Part shown: in pieces, positions 20,743 to 30,404 of the stretch
Layout of the letters: each line of letters begins with the position of its first letter
Numbering within the stretch: the stretch's first letter is position 1
Assembly: GCA_947176915.1 (NCBI GenBank)
Contig: CAMWSM010000003.1
Location: 5,566 to 69,565 of the forward strand
DNA from: an uncultured Porphyromonadaceae bacterium
GTDB lineage: Bacteria > Bacteroidota > Bacteroidia > Bacteroidales > Muribaculaceae
Reading direction: 5' to 3'
Length of the DNA stretch: 64,000 nucleotides
Position numbers and translations under genes: made by a program
Notes under the pieces: generated by a model
Seen by the model: the letters and a program-made list of their open reading frames with translations, nothing else
What the model was told of the DNA's origin: nothing
The model's database searches: none

Positions 20743-21398
20743 TTAAATAATCAAATATCGAATACTGCTTCAAGTGGGGTCTCTTCCCCGATTCCTCCGC
20801 GATTATGCGGTCGAGTTCGGCTTCCATCTTGGGGTTCTTTGCCTTTAGGAAACTGAGGGAAGTCTTGATTCCTTTGGCACACGCCACTATTGCTTTCGAG
20901 CGCGATGGAAACAGATTAGGCTTATCCAAAGCGCAAGGTCCACCACCTCCCATGCAATCAAAGTGCCAATCGTAGCCGTAAGACCATCCATTCGGAGTTT
21001 CGGAGACCTCTATCTCAAAGTAAGTGTAATGGTCATTACCAAACTGATAAGGCTTGTCGGGGTTAGTGCACACTCCAAACTTGTTATACTCGTAGCCGTT
21101 GAAGGTAGTCATCGCTCAATCCTCCTTGCTTTGTCAAGCGCATCCTCAGCACCTTTCGCACTCCCCAATCTCTCTCGGAAGCGGTCTATGGTCTTGCGCT
21201 CGGGATGCTTCGCCGCGTCACGCTTGATGTAGTAGTCAAGTTGCGCCCTCTCGGTCTTGACCTGCACTGCAACCAACTTCCGCAGCCATTGCAGTTGGGA
21301 GCGCGTTATCCTGACCTCAAACATATCCGATGGAAGCAGTCTTGCATCCATATCCTTCGCGTACTGCGTAAGGTTGTTGATTGATACCTTGCTCATTG

Positions 21399-21725
21399 CT
21401 ATCTGTTGTCTCCGCATCCGTGAATCACATCCCTCTCCATCCGGTCCTCCACCTTGCTGTTGTTCATGCAGGCAATCTCGGAGAGCGGATAGCCGATCGC
21501 GGATGCAAGGTTGGCTATATACCAGAGGCAATCTCCCAACTCAAAAGCGATTGCATGTCTCACACCCGCATCAAACTCCCCTCCCTTATCGCGGAGGACT
21601 TTCTTCACCTTGTCGGCCACCTCTCCCGCCTCTCCGCAGAGACCGAGCGCAAGGAAGGGAATCTCGCCGTCATGCTCGTAGATGGCGGTCGATACCGCCT
21701 TTTCCTGATATGCGTCTATATCCAT
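21399..21725 (-). CDS. MazG-like nucleotide pyrophosphohydrolase
   Basis: LGLCGEAGEVADKVKK...ELGDCLWYIANLA. Confidence 0.92.
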   Translation of the reverse strand: MDIDAYQEKAVSTAIYEHDGEIPFLALGLCGEAGEVADKVKKVLRDKGGEFDAGVRHAIAFELGDCLWYIANLASAIGYPLSEIACMNNSKVEDRMERDVIHGCGDNR

Positions 21726-22015
21726 AATCCGTTTCTCTCTTACCGCCGCGGAGCTTCAGCTCCGCCCTCTTTTGTCCTTATGTGCTTCTGTCTTTGATCA
21801 AAAGCCTCAGTATCCTCTCGTTCTCCGAAGGCCGGTAGCCGAGGTTGTCGGCCACATCCTCCGGCCTGATGATCATTATATGCCCGCTCGGATGCTGCAC
21901 CTTCAGCCGTCCGCTCGCGTACAGCCGCATCACGACCGCCTCCGCCAGCCCTCCCGCCGAACGTATCAGCACCGTGTCCCACGGCCTTATTCCATTCTCT
22001 TCCATATTGTCTGTC

Positions 22016-22282
22016 TTATTTCGGCGGCGTGAACTCGAAGGCGATGTCGTTCAGCGTAGGATGGTATGTCAGCAGCCTCGACCTCACGAGGCTGTTCAGC
22101 GCATCCTTGACGCGGACCGGCGACAGCCTCTCCAGGATCTCGGAGGTCGTGGCGTACGGCGGCGCCGTTCCCCTGCGTTCCTTGTCCCCGATTATCTCCG
22201 CCACGACCGCCGCAAGGCATTCCTCCAGCGGCGGCGTCTGTTCAAGCTCCTCCTTGCTCATGTCAGTCCCAGTATATGTCAA
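22016..22282 (-). CDS. Winged-helix-like small protein
   Basis: ATTSEILERL...VKDALNSLVRSRLL...TLND pattern. Confidence 0.5.
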   Translation of the reverse strand: MTYTGTDMSKEELEQTPPLEECLAAVVAEIIGDKERRGTAPPYATTSEILERLSPVRVKDALNSLVRSRLLTYHPTLNDIAFEFTPPK

Positions 22283-22934
22283 TGTCAGTTTTTGAAAGCT
22301 CGTTTATCAGTATTCCCGCGGTCAGCTTCCGCGCCGGAAGCTTGGCGTCGTAGCAGTCTCCGGCAAACTGAGGGATAAGGCCGTAGAGCTTCATGAACTC
22401 ACCCTGCACCATGCACATGTCCGGAACGTCCACCCTGTATCTCTCCCTTATCTCACGGTCGCAACTGCGGGCGTAGGCCTTCACCGCGTCAAGGATGGTC
22501 ATCGCCTGCTGCACCGCGATCACCAATGTGGCGTAGTCCTTTCGGATGTCCTGCTTCATGGTCTCGAACTCCAGCGCGTTGAAGAGCCGCGAGAGGTGCT
22601 TCTGCACGAAATCCTCGAACGCCTCCGCGCACTCCCTTTCGTTGCGCTCCGCCTTCCCGTCTATCGCCCGTGAGCGAAATTGCTCATACTCTCGTTTCAG
22701 CTGACGGACACGCCTCACGAGCGGCTTCGTTTCCGACAGCCGCATCTGAATCACCACGTCCAGCACCGTCTCCACATAGTCCCATCCCATGTTCATCAGC
22801 GTATAGAGGTTGGCCGCCCAATGGAGCAGCACGTCCTGCGGGACGGCGTCTGCGATCTCCACGAACCGCGGCCTCTTCGGAACGGAGACCGCCGTCACGT
22901 CAAGTCTTATCGGGGGGGGGGTATTTCGCATCAT
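22263..22934 (-). CDS. Hypothetical protein with a C10 homopolymer near the start
   Basis: 223-aa ORF; G10 on the plus strand at 22912-22921. Confidence 0.7.
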   Translation of the reverse strand: MMRNTPPPIRLDVTAVSVPKRPRFVEIADAVPQDVLLHWAANLYTLMNMGWDYVETVLDVVIQMRLSETKPLVRRVRQLKREYEQFRSRAIDGKAERNERECAEAFEDFVQKHLSRLFNALEFETMKQDIRKDYATLVIAVQQAMTILDAVKAYARSCDREIRERYRVDVPDMCMVQGEFMKLYGLIPQFAGDCYDAKLPARKLTAGILINELSKTDIDIYWD

Positions 22935-23051
22935 GTCCCATCTGATATTTAATCTTTAATATTTAATATTTTACAATTACCGCCCCTATCCATCGCGGAC
23001 AGGAGCGGCCGAAACTAACCTATAAATCTATACCATGAAACGATCAAGTAC

Positions 23052-23747
23052 TTATCTTTTAATCTGCGCTTCCGTCAGATACCTGACAAGCCCCCGGCTC
23101 TCGGCGAAGTCCATGAACTCGTTCAAGAGCGCGAGGTTATCGGCCTCCATGTCCGGATAGCGGTAACATGTTATCGGCGGAGCGTGCCGGGTCAGTTCAA
23201 GACCTCTCACGTCGTAACCATGCTTCTCCGGCCTGTAGCCATGAAATCTGAACAGGTCGAAATGAAACACATCCGCACTGAATATGTCGAGATAATATCT
23301 CCATTGGCAGGAATCCATGTACTCCTTGTCGCTACGGCTGGAATATATCGTCTTGATGTCACGTAACTCTATGCCGTCTATCATATCGGCACATCCGGTC
23401 ACTACCGCACGTCCGTAATCCTTGTACCGCCGTATCTCATGGAACGCACCGGGATGCTCGCCCCGGTAGTCAAGAGCGACTTGAAGCTGTTGGGCGTTGA
23501 ACATTACGGCGTGTCCGTCAACATCTATCCGGCATCCGTCCTTCGGGTCGGCGTATCGCGGCTCTCCGGTCTCAATAATTGAGTGGAACGCCGTGCCGAT
23601 CCGTGTGTATTCATTACCCTTGAAATCCCCCTTTATGGTCTCGATGACCCTCTTCTCGGGAATCTCGTAGTAGTCGCGCTCGATGCTGTTGGTGATGAAC
23701 CGCCGGAAAGCCTCAAGCGTCGTGACCCTTACTGTCGGTTTGCACAT
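23052..23747 (-). CDS. PD-(D/E)XK exonuclease-like recombination protein
   Basis: IGTAFHSIIE, GCADMIDGIELRDIKT and QWRYY motifs; coupled to the ATPase gene. Confidence 0.8.
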   Translation of the reverse strand: MCKPTVRVTTLEAFRRFITNSIERDYYEIPEKRVIETIKGDFKGNEYTRIGTAFHSIIETGEPRYADPKDGCRIDVDGHAVMFNAQQLQVALDYRGEHPGAFHEIRRYKDYGRAVVTGCADMIDGIELRDIKTIYSSRSDKEYMDSCQWRYYLDIFSADVFHFDLFRFHGYRPEKHGYDVRGLELTRHAPPITCYRYPDMEADNLALLNEFMDFAESRGLVRYLTEAQIKR

Positions 23748-24630
23748 CCCTGATGAATTTTTTGGAATCCTTGTCGTAGGAGAATCCCTTCTCCGTGAGC
23801 GCGGCTTTCAGTTCGGTGAAGAACGGACGTTTCAGTATGTCGGGGAGCTCCTTTGAGTCGGCGAGGATCGCGTCTGCATCCTCCGTGGTCTCGACTCCGG
23901 CTGTCTTTGCCCGCAGGTCGGCGAGCAGTTCCTGGGCCCTGCGCTGCGCCTCCGACTTGGACCGGATGGCGGCCTTCACCTGCCTGATGATGTCGGCCAT
24001 GCACGTATCGAACTCCTTCGACGGAGCGTTCGGGATAGCTATCGTGCCGAGCTCCGCCACATTCTTGCCCACGAAATTGTCAAGGGGCTCGAACGTGATC
24101 ACGCGCTGCCTGTTCTGGATCCATACATAGCCCACCTGGTCCGCGATCCTGACCAGGAGGTCTTTGCTCTGCCCCGTGCAGTCCGGTGAATGCTTGATCG
24201 TGTCGCCGTCCTTCTCCTCCTTGTCGTGGCATATGAAGATGATGTCCTTGCCCTTGGCGCGAAGCCGGTTCACAAACGCCTTGAACTGGTCTGCGATCTC
24301 TCCGAAACGCTTCAGGGAATTGGTCTTCAGCTTGTAGTTCTGACGGCACACGTATTCCACGAGATAGTCGTCGAGGGTAGCCTTGGCCGTATCGACCACC
24401 ACGGTGTCGTATGCGTCGAAAGAAGGCTCGTCACTGAGGATGTCCTCCCATTTGGTAGCGACCGAAGTGTCGACGATCCGCACCGCACGGTCATAGCCCC
24501 GGTCGGTGTCCACGAGGATCGGATTGTTGGCCGTTGTGGCCACGCTTGTCTTCCCGCTGCCCGGAACGCCGTACAGCACCATGATGATGCTTCGTTCCGG
24601 AAGAATGGTGTCTTTCTTGATTATAGCCAT
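23713..24630 (-). CDS. Sak4/AAA_24-type ATPase (single-strand annealing)
   Basis: YGVPGSGKT Walker A, VDTDRG, VVVDT, IIFICHDKEE. Confidence 0.88.
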   Translation of the reverse strand: MAIIKKDTILPERSIIMVLYGVPGSGKTSVATTANNPILVDTDRGYDRAVRIVDTSVATKWEDILSDEPSFDAYDTVVVDTAKATLDDYLVEYVCRQNYKLKTNSLKRFGEIADQFKAFVNRLRAKGKDIIFICHDKEEKDGDTIKHSPDCTGQSKDLLVRIADQVGYVWIQNRQRVITFEPLDNFVGKNVAELGTIAIPNAPSKEFDTCMADIIRQVKAAIRSKSEAQRRAQELLADLRAKTAGVETTEDADAILADSKELPDILKRPFFTELKAALTEKGFSYDKDSKKFIRDVQTDSKGHDA

Positions 24631-25362
24631 TAATGTTTATATTTTTGTAATGATGAATGTTTCAGTCTATCCCGCACATATACTCCTCCCGCCTGAGAGC
24701 CCTGCGCGACATCTCCTCCGCCTCCCTGCGTCCCGTCTCCGACACGCACAGCTCCGGACGGATGCTCCCGTAGTCCATGTCCTCGAAACGGTGGAGCAGC
24801 TCCCTGTCCCCCTCCGGGATGTCCAGCGAGTCAATGTAGTCACTCCATACTCCCATACACCCTCCATTCCTTGTTGATTTCAACTGCGAGCCCGAACACG
24901 AGCACCCCGAGCATCTTGAACACTATCAGCCTTGCTGCGGTCGCCCATAGCGAAAGCGACTCCGGCGGGATGTCGCCCAGCATCAGGAGCGCAAGCCCTA
25001 TCAGCGCGCCTATCACGCACTGTCTGATGAATCTTTCCATATGTTTGTTGATTTATATATAAAGTTTTATTCCGTACCGCTCCTTGAAAATCCTCTCCGC
25101 CCATTTCGGGACTTCCGTAGCCTTTTCAAGTTCGGCGATATATTCCTTCAAAGGTTCTATTATCTCGGAACCGGGGACCTCGCCGCCGGCGATGCCGAAG
25201 CGTTTCTGAATGTATTCCAGATCAGCCTTACACTTGGGCGACATCACGATGTTCTCATTGTTGCCGAGAGTGTGGACTACCGCAAGGATTCTTGCGGATG
25301 TATCGGTGCTGATTGCCGGAATCCCCATAGTCAGGCAGTCCTGAAGCCAGCGCCTGTAATCG

Positions 25363-25689
25363 TCAATCGTCAGCATACCTCGTTTCGTCCTCCAAATGCT
25401 GATAGCCGTGGATGTGCGGTTTCTTCTCCAGCTCGTGCCAGCACTCCCCGCACATCACCCTGATGTTCTCCGCGTTGTTGCGGCCCTCGGAGCCCTCGGG
25501 AAGCGTCCGGTGAATGTGGCAGCTCTTGTCGATCGGTTTGCCGCACACCTCGCATCGGTTGTCCGCCATTTCAAGACGGAGGTTGCGCTGTGAACTGCGG
25601 TAGGCGTTTCTGAGCCTGTCCTTCTTCCTGAGCCTCAGCGGCTCGCGGCTTATCCATATGTGGAAGCCGAAAATCTTGAATTTCTTCAT
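25363..25689 (-). CDS. Small HNH endonuclease-like protein with degenerate His positions
   Basis: CEVCG...HIHR...NNAENIRVMCGECW. Confidence 0.7.
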   Translation of the reverse strand: MKKFKIFGFHIWISREPLRLRKKDRLRNAYRSSQRNLRLEMADNRCEVCGKPIDKSCHIHRTLPEGSEGRNNAENIRVMCGECWHELEKKPHIHGYQHLEDETRYADD

Positions 25690-25779
25690 ATATGCTGATG
25701 TTTTAAAGGATTTTTAAATAAACCGGACTATCTTCACAGACCGTCCGGGCAAGATTCTTATGAATATAAATGTGGAAAG

Positions 25780-25878
25780 TGCAAGCGGAGGGAGTCGAAC
25801 CCTCATGCGGTGGTAGGCTGCCGACAGCCACATCAATATCGGCATCCCCTGCGGCTCCGAATCGCAGGCTTCGCTTGC
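25780..25878 (-). ncRNA. tRNA-like RNA 1 (99 nt), non-canonical D and anticodon arms
   Basis: Acceptor GCAAGCG/CGCTTGC plus A; T-arm GAGGG-TTCGACT-CCCTC; internal hairpins CCTGCG/CGCAGG and TGCCGA/TCGGCA (14-nt loop). Confidence 0.7.
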
Positions 25879-26238
25879 TTGTGAAAACCGGACTATCCTC
25901 ACGGACTGCCCGGAACTAACCTTAAAATCAGATTAAAACACAATTTCTCTTGCTGTGTGCCTACAAGATGTGTCACGACCTCATAGGCTTATGTCTTGCA
26001 CCGGACGTCCTCCCGGATTGCCCTACGGGGAACAGATAATTCCAAAATATCCTAATACTTTACTTGTTTCGGCACGTCGTCGCGACGTTCCTTTTTTCCA
26101 TTTATGAAAAATGCTTGCTTTGCTTTATCCCATACTTACATCATGCGGGTGCCCGCGGGGGTTCCCATGGTGCCCCGGGGGCTTGGCGTTTCCGCCGTTT
26201 TTCATTATCTTTGCAGTCGGAAAACAAAATAATGAAAT

Positions 26239-26562
26239 ATGGATAAATTTATCGAAAGGGCGAATGAACTGATCGCCCGTTTGGAATCCTTTGGCAATAC
26301 ATCAAGGCTTGACACCATCGTTGCTCTGTCTTACGCCTCGGAAGATGGTGGCGAATCATACAGAACAAAGAAACACAATAGAGATGCGTTGGAAGACTGT
26401 CTGCTTGATGCAAGGATCCTTCTCTACGAGTTTAACTGCCCACCGCTTTATGACGAAGCGATGAAGGCTATTGGGCCACAAGATCCCGAAGGTCCTGAGC
26501 TTTGTCGCCTTCTTCGGAAACTGATTGAGACCGCTGAGCTCCGTAGACAAGGCTGCGACTGA
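26239..26562 (+). CDS. Independently promoted antisense accessory gene
   Basis: TATCTTTG -7 element about 25 nt upstream; 3' end overlaps the minus-strand ORF 26468-26782. Confidence 0.65.
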   Translation: MDKFIERANELIARLESFGNTSRLDTIVALSYASEDGGESYRTKKHNRDALEDCLLDARILLYEFNCPPLYDEAMKAIGPQDPEGPELCRLLRKLIETAELRRQGCD

Positions 26563-26775
26563 TTTCCTCAGCCTGCCCCTCTTTATTATATCCGTGACAT
26601 CGCAGGATTGATTCCAACTGCGATCTTACCATCTCCCTTATCTCATCGGCATTGAGAGAGGGAAGTCCGTCTATGCCCATTCCCGTTATATGAAGGTCGC
26701 ACTCAAAAGACAACTGTATGCCCTTGTTGAGCCTTGTGTTTACTGATATTTCCATACTCATTGAATTTTGGTTAG

Positions 26776-26905
26776 CAGCCATAGAAGGACTCGAACCTCC
26801 GACCTGCTCAATGTCTTGGATTCCCGTACTCTGTTTTCAAACCGGGTGTCTATTACCGTTACTACCAAGCCTATGTGTCGCTCTGACCAACTGAGCTATA
26901 TGGCT
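26776..26905 (-). ncRNA. tRNA-like RNA 2 (130 nt), anticodon arm replaced by a longer insert
   Basis: Acceptor AGCCATA/TATGGCT; D-arm GCTC-AGTTGGTCA-GAGC; AGGTC variable loop; T-arm GGAGG-TTCGAGT-CCTTC; about 57 nt longer than a CCA-less tRNA. Confidence 0.75.
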
Positions 26906-27399
26906 TCCGTTATATATAGTTGACCAATCAAGTAGTCATCCATGCTGCCTTATACCGGGTGCGCCGTCATACGCGCTCACTGCCACCCCTAAGGCTTCCG
27001 TTATCGTGTCCTTGGTTAATGACCTTACCTGTACTCGGCTTTTTACGACCTTTCCTTTTTTTTTCATCGGTTCAGGTACAAGGACTAAATGTTAAAGGGT
27101 TAATCACTGTGCATCATGTTTTCCTGCTCTCGGTTGATGCGATATAAACCTCACGCCTCGTTTATCGGTCAGACGCCACCTCCAGCTATTTCTCGTCTTG
27201 GCTTGCATAGCCATGTGCCTCATCCTATACGCCGTTTGCGTACAAGGGAACTCCTTGCCGACGTATAGGAACCGCTATGTCATTGTGCTCTCTTATGGGT
27301 GGGAGCTTTCCCAAGCTCCCGCATCGTCGGAGTCTCCACCCGCCCCGCCCCGGTTTTCTCTCTTACCGCCGCGGAGCTTCAGCTCCGCCCTCTCAAGCC

Positions 27400-27609
27400 T
27401 CAATAGCTCCTCCAGAACCGCTTCACCTCCTTGCCGGTGAACATCCTCCGGCCATTGCGACCCGGAATCCAATCAATCCCGCCGTTTCGCTTTCCTTTGT
27501 CGGCGGCTCTGCTGATGGTGATCCGGCTTAATCCGAGAACTTCTGCCACCTTGCCGACCCCGCCTTTCCAACCATCCGGAATATCCGGACATTCATTCAC
27601 CAAATTCAT
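27400..27609 (-). CDS. Excisionase-like HTH protein
   Basis: VGKVAEVLGLSRITISR...GRRMFTGKEVKRF. Confidence 0.65.
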   Translation of the reverse strand: MNLVNECPDIPDGWKGGVGKVAEVLGLSRITISRAADKGKRNGGIDWIPGRNGRRMFTGKEVKRFWRSY

Positions 27610-27768
27610 CGCCGCCTTTCGTTTCGCGTTCGCGTTTCAGGAAGACCCGGTAGTTGTCGCCGTTCTCGTGGACACCTGCGACCTCCCATCCGCCCTGTCC
27701 CCACATGTCGGTGGTCAGCACATACTTGTCGCGGGGGACGTTGTGGAGAACGTGGTTGTAGAACTTCC

Positions 27769-28530
27769 TCATGCCTTCTGCTCGATCAAGGGAATGATGC
27801 CGTTCTTCTTCAGCTCGTTGTAGAGGAATAGCCTCCCCTTCTGGAGCCACTTAGTGTTCATCACCACCCGTCCGGTCTTCGAGGCTTCCGGAACGAACGT
27901 CTCGGAGTGGACATAACCCATGGTATTGTATGGAGCGTAGAGGATCCACTGTCCTCCCACCTTCCGCTGAATCCGGAGATTGCGCAGTATGATGTTGAAC
28001 TTCTTCGCGCTCATCCCGTAGTCGGCCGCGATCTGGGTAGTGGTGACGGTCGACTTGCTCTGAAGTATCTGGTCAAGATAGCTCGTCCTCTCATGCAGCG
28101 ACGCTATCGCCCGGTCCTTCTGCTCTATCTGCTCCCCCTGCGCCAGCAGCAGCGTGTTCTGACGTTCGATCTCCCTCTGCTGCTCCTCGATCCTCCCCTG
28201 CTGCTCTGCCGCAAGAAGAAGGGCCTCGCGGAACGATGTCGGCACCTTCGGCTGGTTCGCCATCTCAAGCTCAATCCAGCGGTTGATGATTTTCTCACGG
28301 AGTAAAGCGTTGTAGCCGCTTGCAAGAATTAGGCATCCGGTTTTGGTAAGATTGAAGCAAGGCCTTTTCTCGCCTTTTGCATCGATATATTCAACCTCCA
28401 CAAAATTGTGGGCGTTGACTCCCTGCTTCAATAAGTTTCTTACATCCCGCAAGATAGCATCGTGTCGTTTGCCTGTTATCTCCGCTATCTGGAGCGAAGA
28501 CATCGTCTCGGTGTTCATCAGCTCATTCAT
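27769..28530 (-). CDS. Antirepressor (Rha N-terminus plus ANT/KilAC C-terminus)
   Basis: MSSLQIAEITGKRHDAILRDVR...RPCFNL; TTTQIAADYGMSAKKFN...KWLQKGRLFLY. Confidence 0.92.
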   Translation of the reverse strand: MNELMNTETMSSLQIAEITGKRHDAILRDVRNLLKQGVNAHNFVEVEYIDAKGEKRPCFNLTKTGCLILASGYNALLREKIINRWIELEMANQPKVPTSFREALLLAAEQQGRIEEQQREIERQNTLLLAQGEQIEQKDRAIASLHERTSYLDQILQSKSTVTTTQIAADYGMSAKKFNIILRNLRIQRKVGGQWILYAPYNTMGYVHSETFVPEASKTGRVVMNTKWLQKGRLFLYNELKKNGIIPLIEQKA

Positions 28531-28736
28531 CTTTCGCCTCCTCCTTTCCTATAATCCACCACCACCATATTCTGTGTGCCGAGCCGTGATATGACCATCA
28601 CATCCTTCGGTATCCCCAGCTCCTTGCGGACTTGGTACGCGGTCTGGTATGTTGAGTCAAGGTCAGCGGCGCCGGAACACTCAATAGTGAGCTTATATCC
28701 GGGTTTCAGATTTCTGATAGTGTCTCGCGTTACCAT
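28527..28736 (-). CDS. First gene of the leftward early operon (possible Cro-analogue)
   Basis: Position divergent from the repressor; no HTH recognised. Confidence 0.55.
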   Translation of the reverse strand: MVTRDTIRNLKPGYKLTIECSGAADLDSTYQTAYQVRKELGIPKDVMVISRLGTQNMVVVDYRKGGGER

Positions 28737-28761
28737 ATTTATTAAATTTACTCTTAAAAAA

Positions 28762-28920
28762 TTTGCATAAATAAAGGCGAATCACTATCTTTGCATTGTG
28801 ATTATGTAGAAGTTGCTCCGACGAGCGACCCGCCTTTGTATTGTCTTAATTGTGGTTCTTTATTAAAGACAGTGCAAAATTAATATAAACTTTCTGAAAT
28901 ATCAAGTTTACTTGATATTT
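28762..28920. promoter_or_regulatory. Lysis/lysogeny switch: convergent promoters and a palindromic operator
   Basis: Plus strand TTTG (28762-65), 20 nt, TATCTTTG (28786-93); minus strand TAATTTTG (28882-75); perfect inverted repeat AAATATCAAG-TTTA-CTTGATATTT (28897-28920). Confidence 0.75.
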
Positions 28921-28948
28921 TTAACTTTTATTAACCTTTGCGCAACAT

Positions 28949-29272
28949 ATGAATGTAAGTAAACTTAAATCGGCCATCGAAACGTCAAGTCTTACTAAAA
29001 AGCAGATAGCAGCAGACAGCGGCATATCTCCGCAGGCTCTCCATGGTATTCTGGAACAGAAAGTTGATCCCAAAGTCTCCACCCTTGAAGCCATTGCAAA
29101 TGTGGTAGGAATAAAAATGGGTTCGCTTTTTGAGGACAGCAATATTGAGATTAAAGACAATAAGCGCAGTTTCAACTCCAATGCCGATGAGATCATCAAG
29201 GAACTTACTTCTATCATCAAATCGCAGGAGGAACGTATAAGACAGCTGACTGATAGGTTGCTTGGGTTATAA
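28949..29272 (+). CDS. XRE-family HTH repressor (CI-like, no peptidase domain)
   Basis: LTKKQIAADSGISPQALHGILE...PKVSTLEAIANVVG and a C-terminal coiled coil. Confidence 0.9.
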   Translation: MNVSKLKSAIETSSLTKKQIAADSGISPQALHGILEQKVDPKVSTLEAIANVVGIKMGSLFEDSNIEIKDNKRSFNSNADEIIKELTSIIKSQEERIRQLTDRLLGL

Positions 29273-29292
29273 ATGATTTTCAAATTTATATT

Positions 29293-30404
29293 ATGAATGA
29301 TAAAGTATTTATAGTTTGTGTGGAAATCAATCGCCAGATTCTTCGCGAAAGATTTGAGCACACCATGATAGGAAACGGGACTCCTAAGAAAATTATGGAC
29401 AATGTCTATGCATTGACAACTCCATTTTCTTTCAAAAGCGAACAGATCCGAGATCGTATTAATGCGATCTTCAGTAACGAATGCGAGGTGTTTGTTATGA
29501 AAGCAAGCGTCGACGCATCGTGGAGATTGGATGTGTCAATAGGGAACTGGTTGCGCTCAAACATCTAAGGTATGGCATCTGGTACGACTCGTGCAAATGG
29601 CACTACGCGATCCACTCAAACACGGGAAAATGTAAGGAATGTGAGAAGTGGAGGACTCATAACATACACTCTCACTGAGCATCAATTTGAGACTATGTAT
29701 AATGGGAGACATGGAGATATAAAGCTCAACATAGGGCTAAGTTGCATTTCATTCCTTATTGGACTTTGGATCGAAGACCTTCTTATTACAGAAAGAACAG
29801 ATGCCTATGTCGCGACATTCTGGTGTCTTAATGTTATTCTTTCCGTAGTGGGCATTATATGTATTGCCATGCACCTCCGAACAAGACAGAAGATAGATCA
29901 TCTTTATTCTACTTTGAAAGAGGAGGCTGAAAATGTCAATCCAAACTAATGAAAATATATTTTATGAAACAACTGTTATATCTGCCATTGCTTTTAATAT
30001 TGCTTATTGCTTGTCGAGAAACGCCAACCGTAATGAATGTAAAAATTGGCGATTCGCGAGAAGTTGCATTATCAGCATTGGAAAGAAATGGATATAAACT
30101 TCAATTTGGTGTAAGTCCTGAAGCAGGAGAAATTGCTACATACAATCCGGATGGCATTTTATGGGGCGAAGACTGGAAATATCTGACCCTTAATTTCGGC
30201 CCCGACAACAAGGTGATTCGAATCACTCTTGAAAAGTTTGGCAGGATTGAAAACAAACAACACCTGGACCTAATCTTTTCATATGTTGAAGACTGGTATG
30301 GCAAGCCTGAATACCTTGATGGCAATACAGTGAAATTTGGCAAAGACAAAAGCCGCTATGCTTTCTTTGTAATGAATAATAACGCAGTACTTGTCTTGCG
30401 ATGA
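29293..30404 (+). CDS. Immunity-region cassette: ferredoxin/Cas2-fold-like protein (29293-29568), two-TM protein (29572-29949), lipoprotein (29949-30404)
   Basis: AT-rich and co-oriented with the repressor; lipobox LLIAC; two hydrophobic helices in the middle gene. Confidence 0.65.

Noticed and set aside
25363-26040. HNH plus upstream RNA as an IscB/OMEGA-like system
   Set aside because: The protein is 108 aa with no RuvC, PLMP or bridge-helix features.
26776-26905. tmRNA or group I intron-containing tRNA
   Set aside because: It has a full D-arm, no tag ORF, and the insert is far too short for a group I core.
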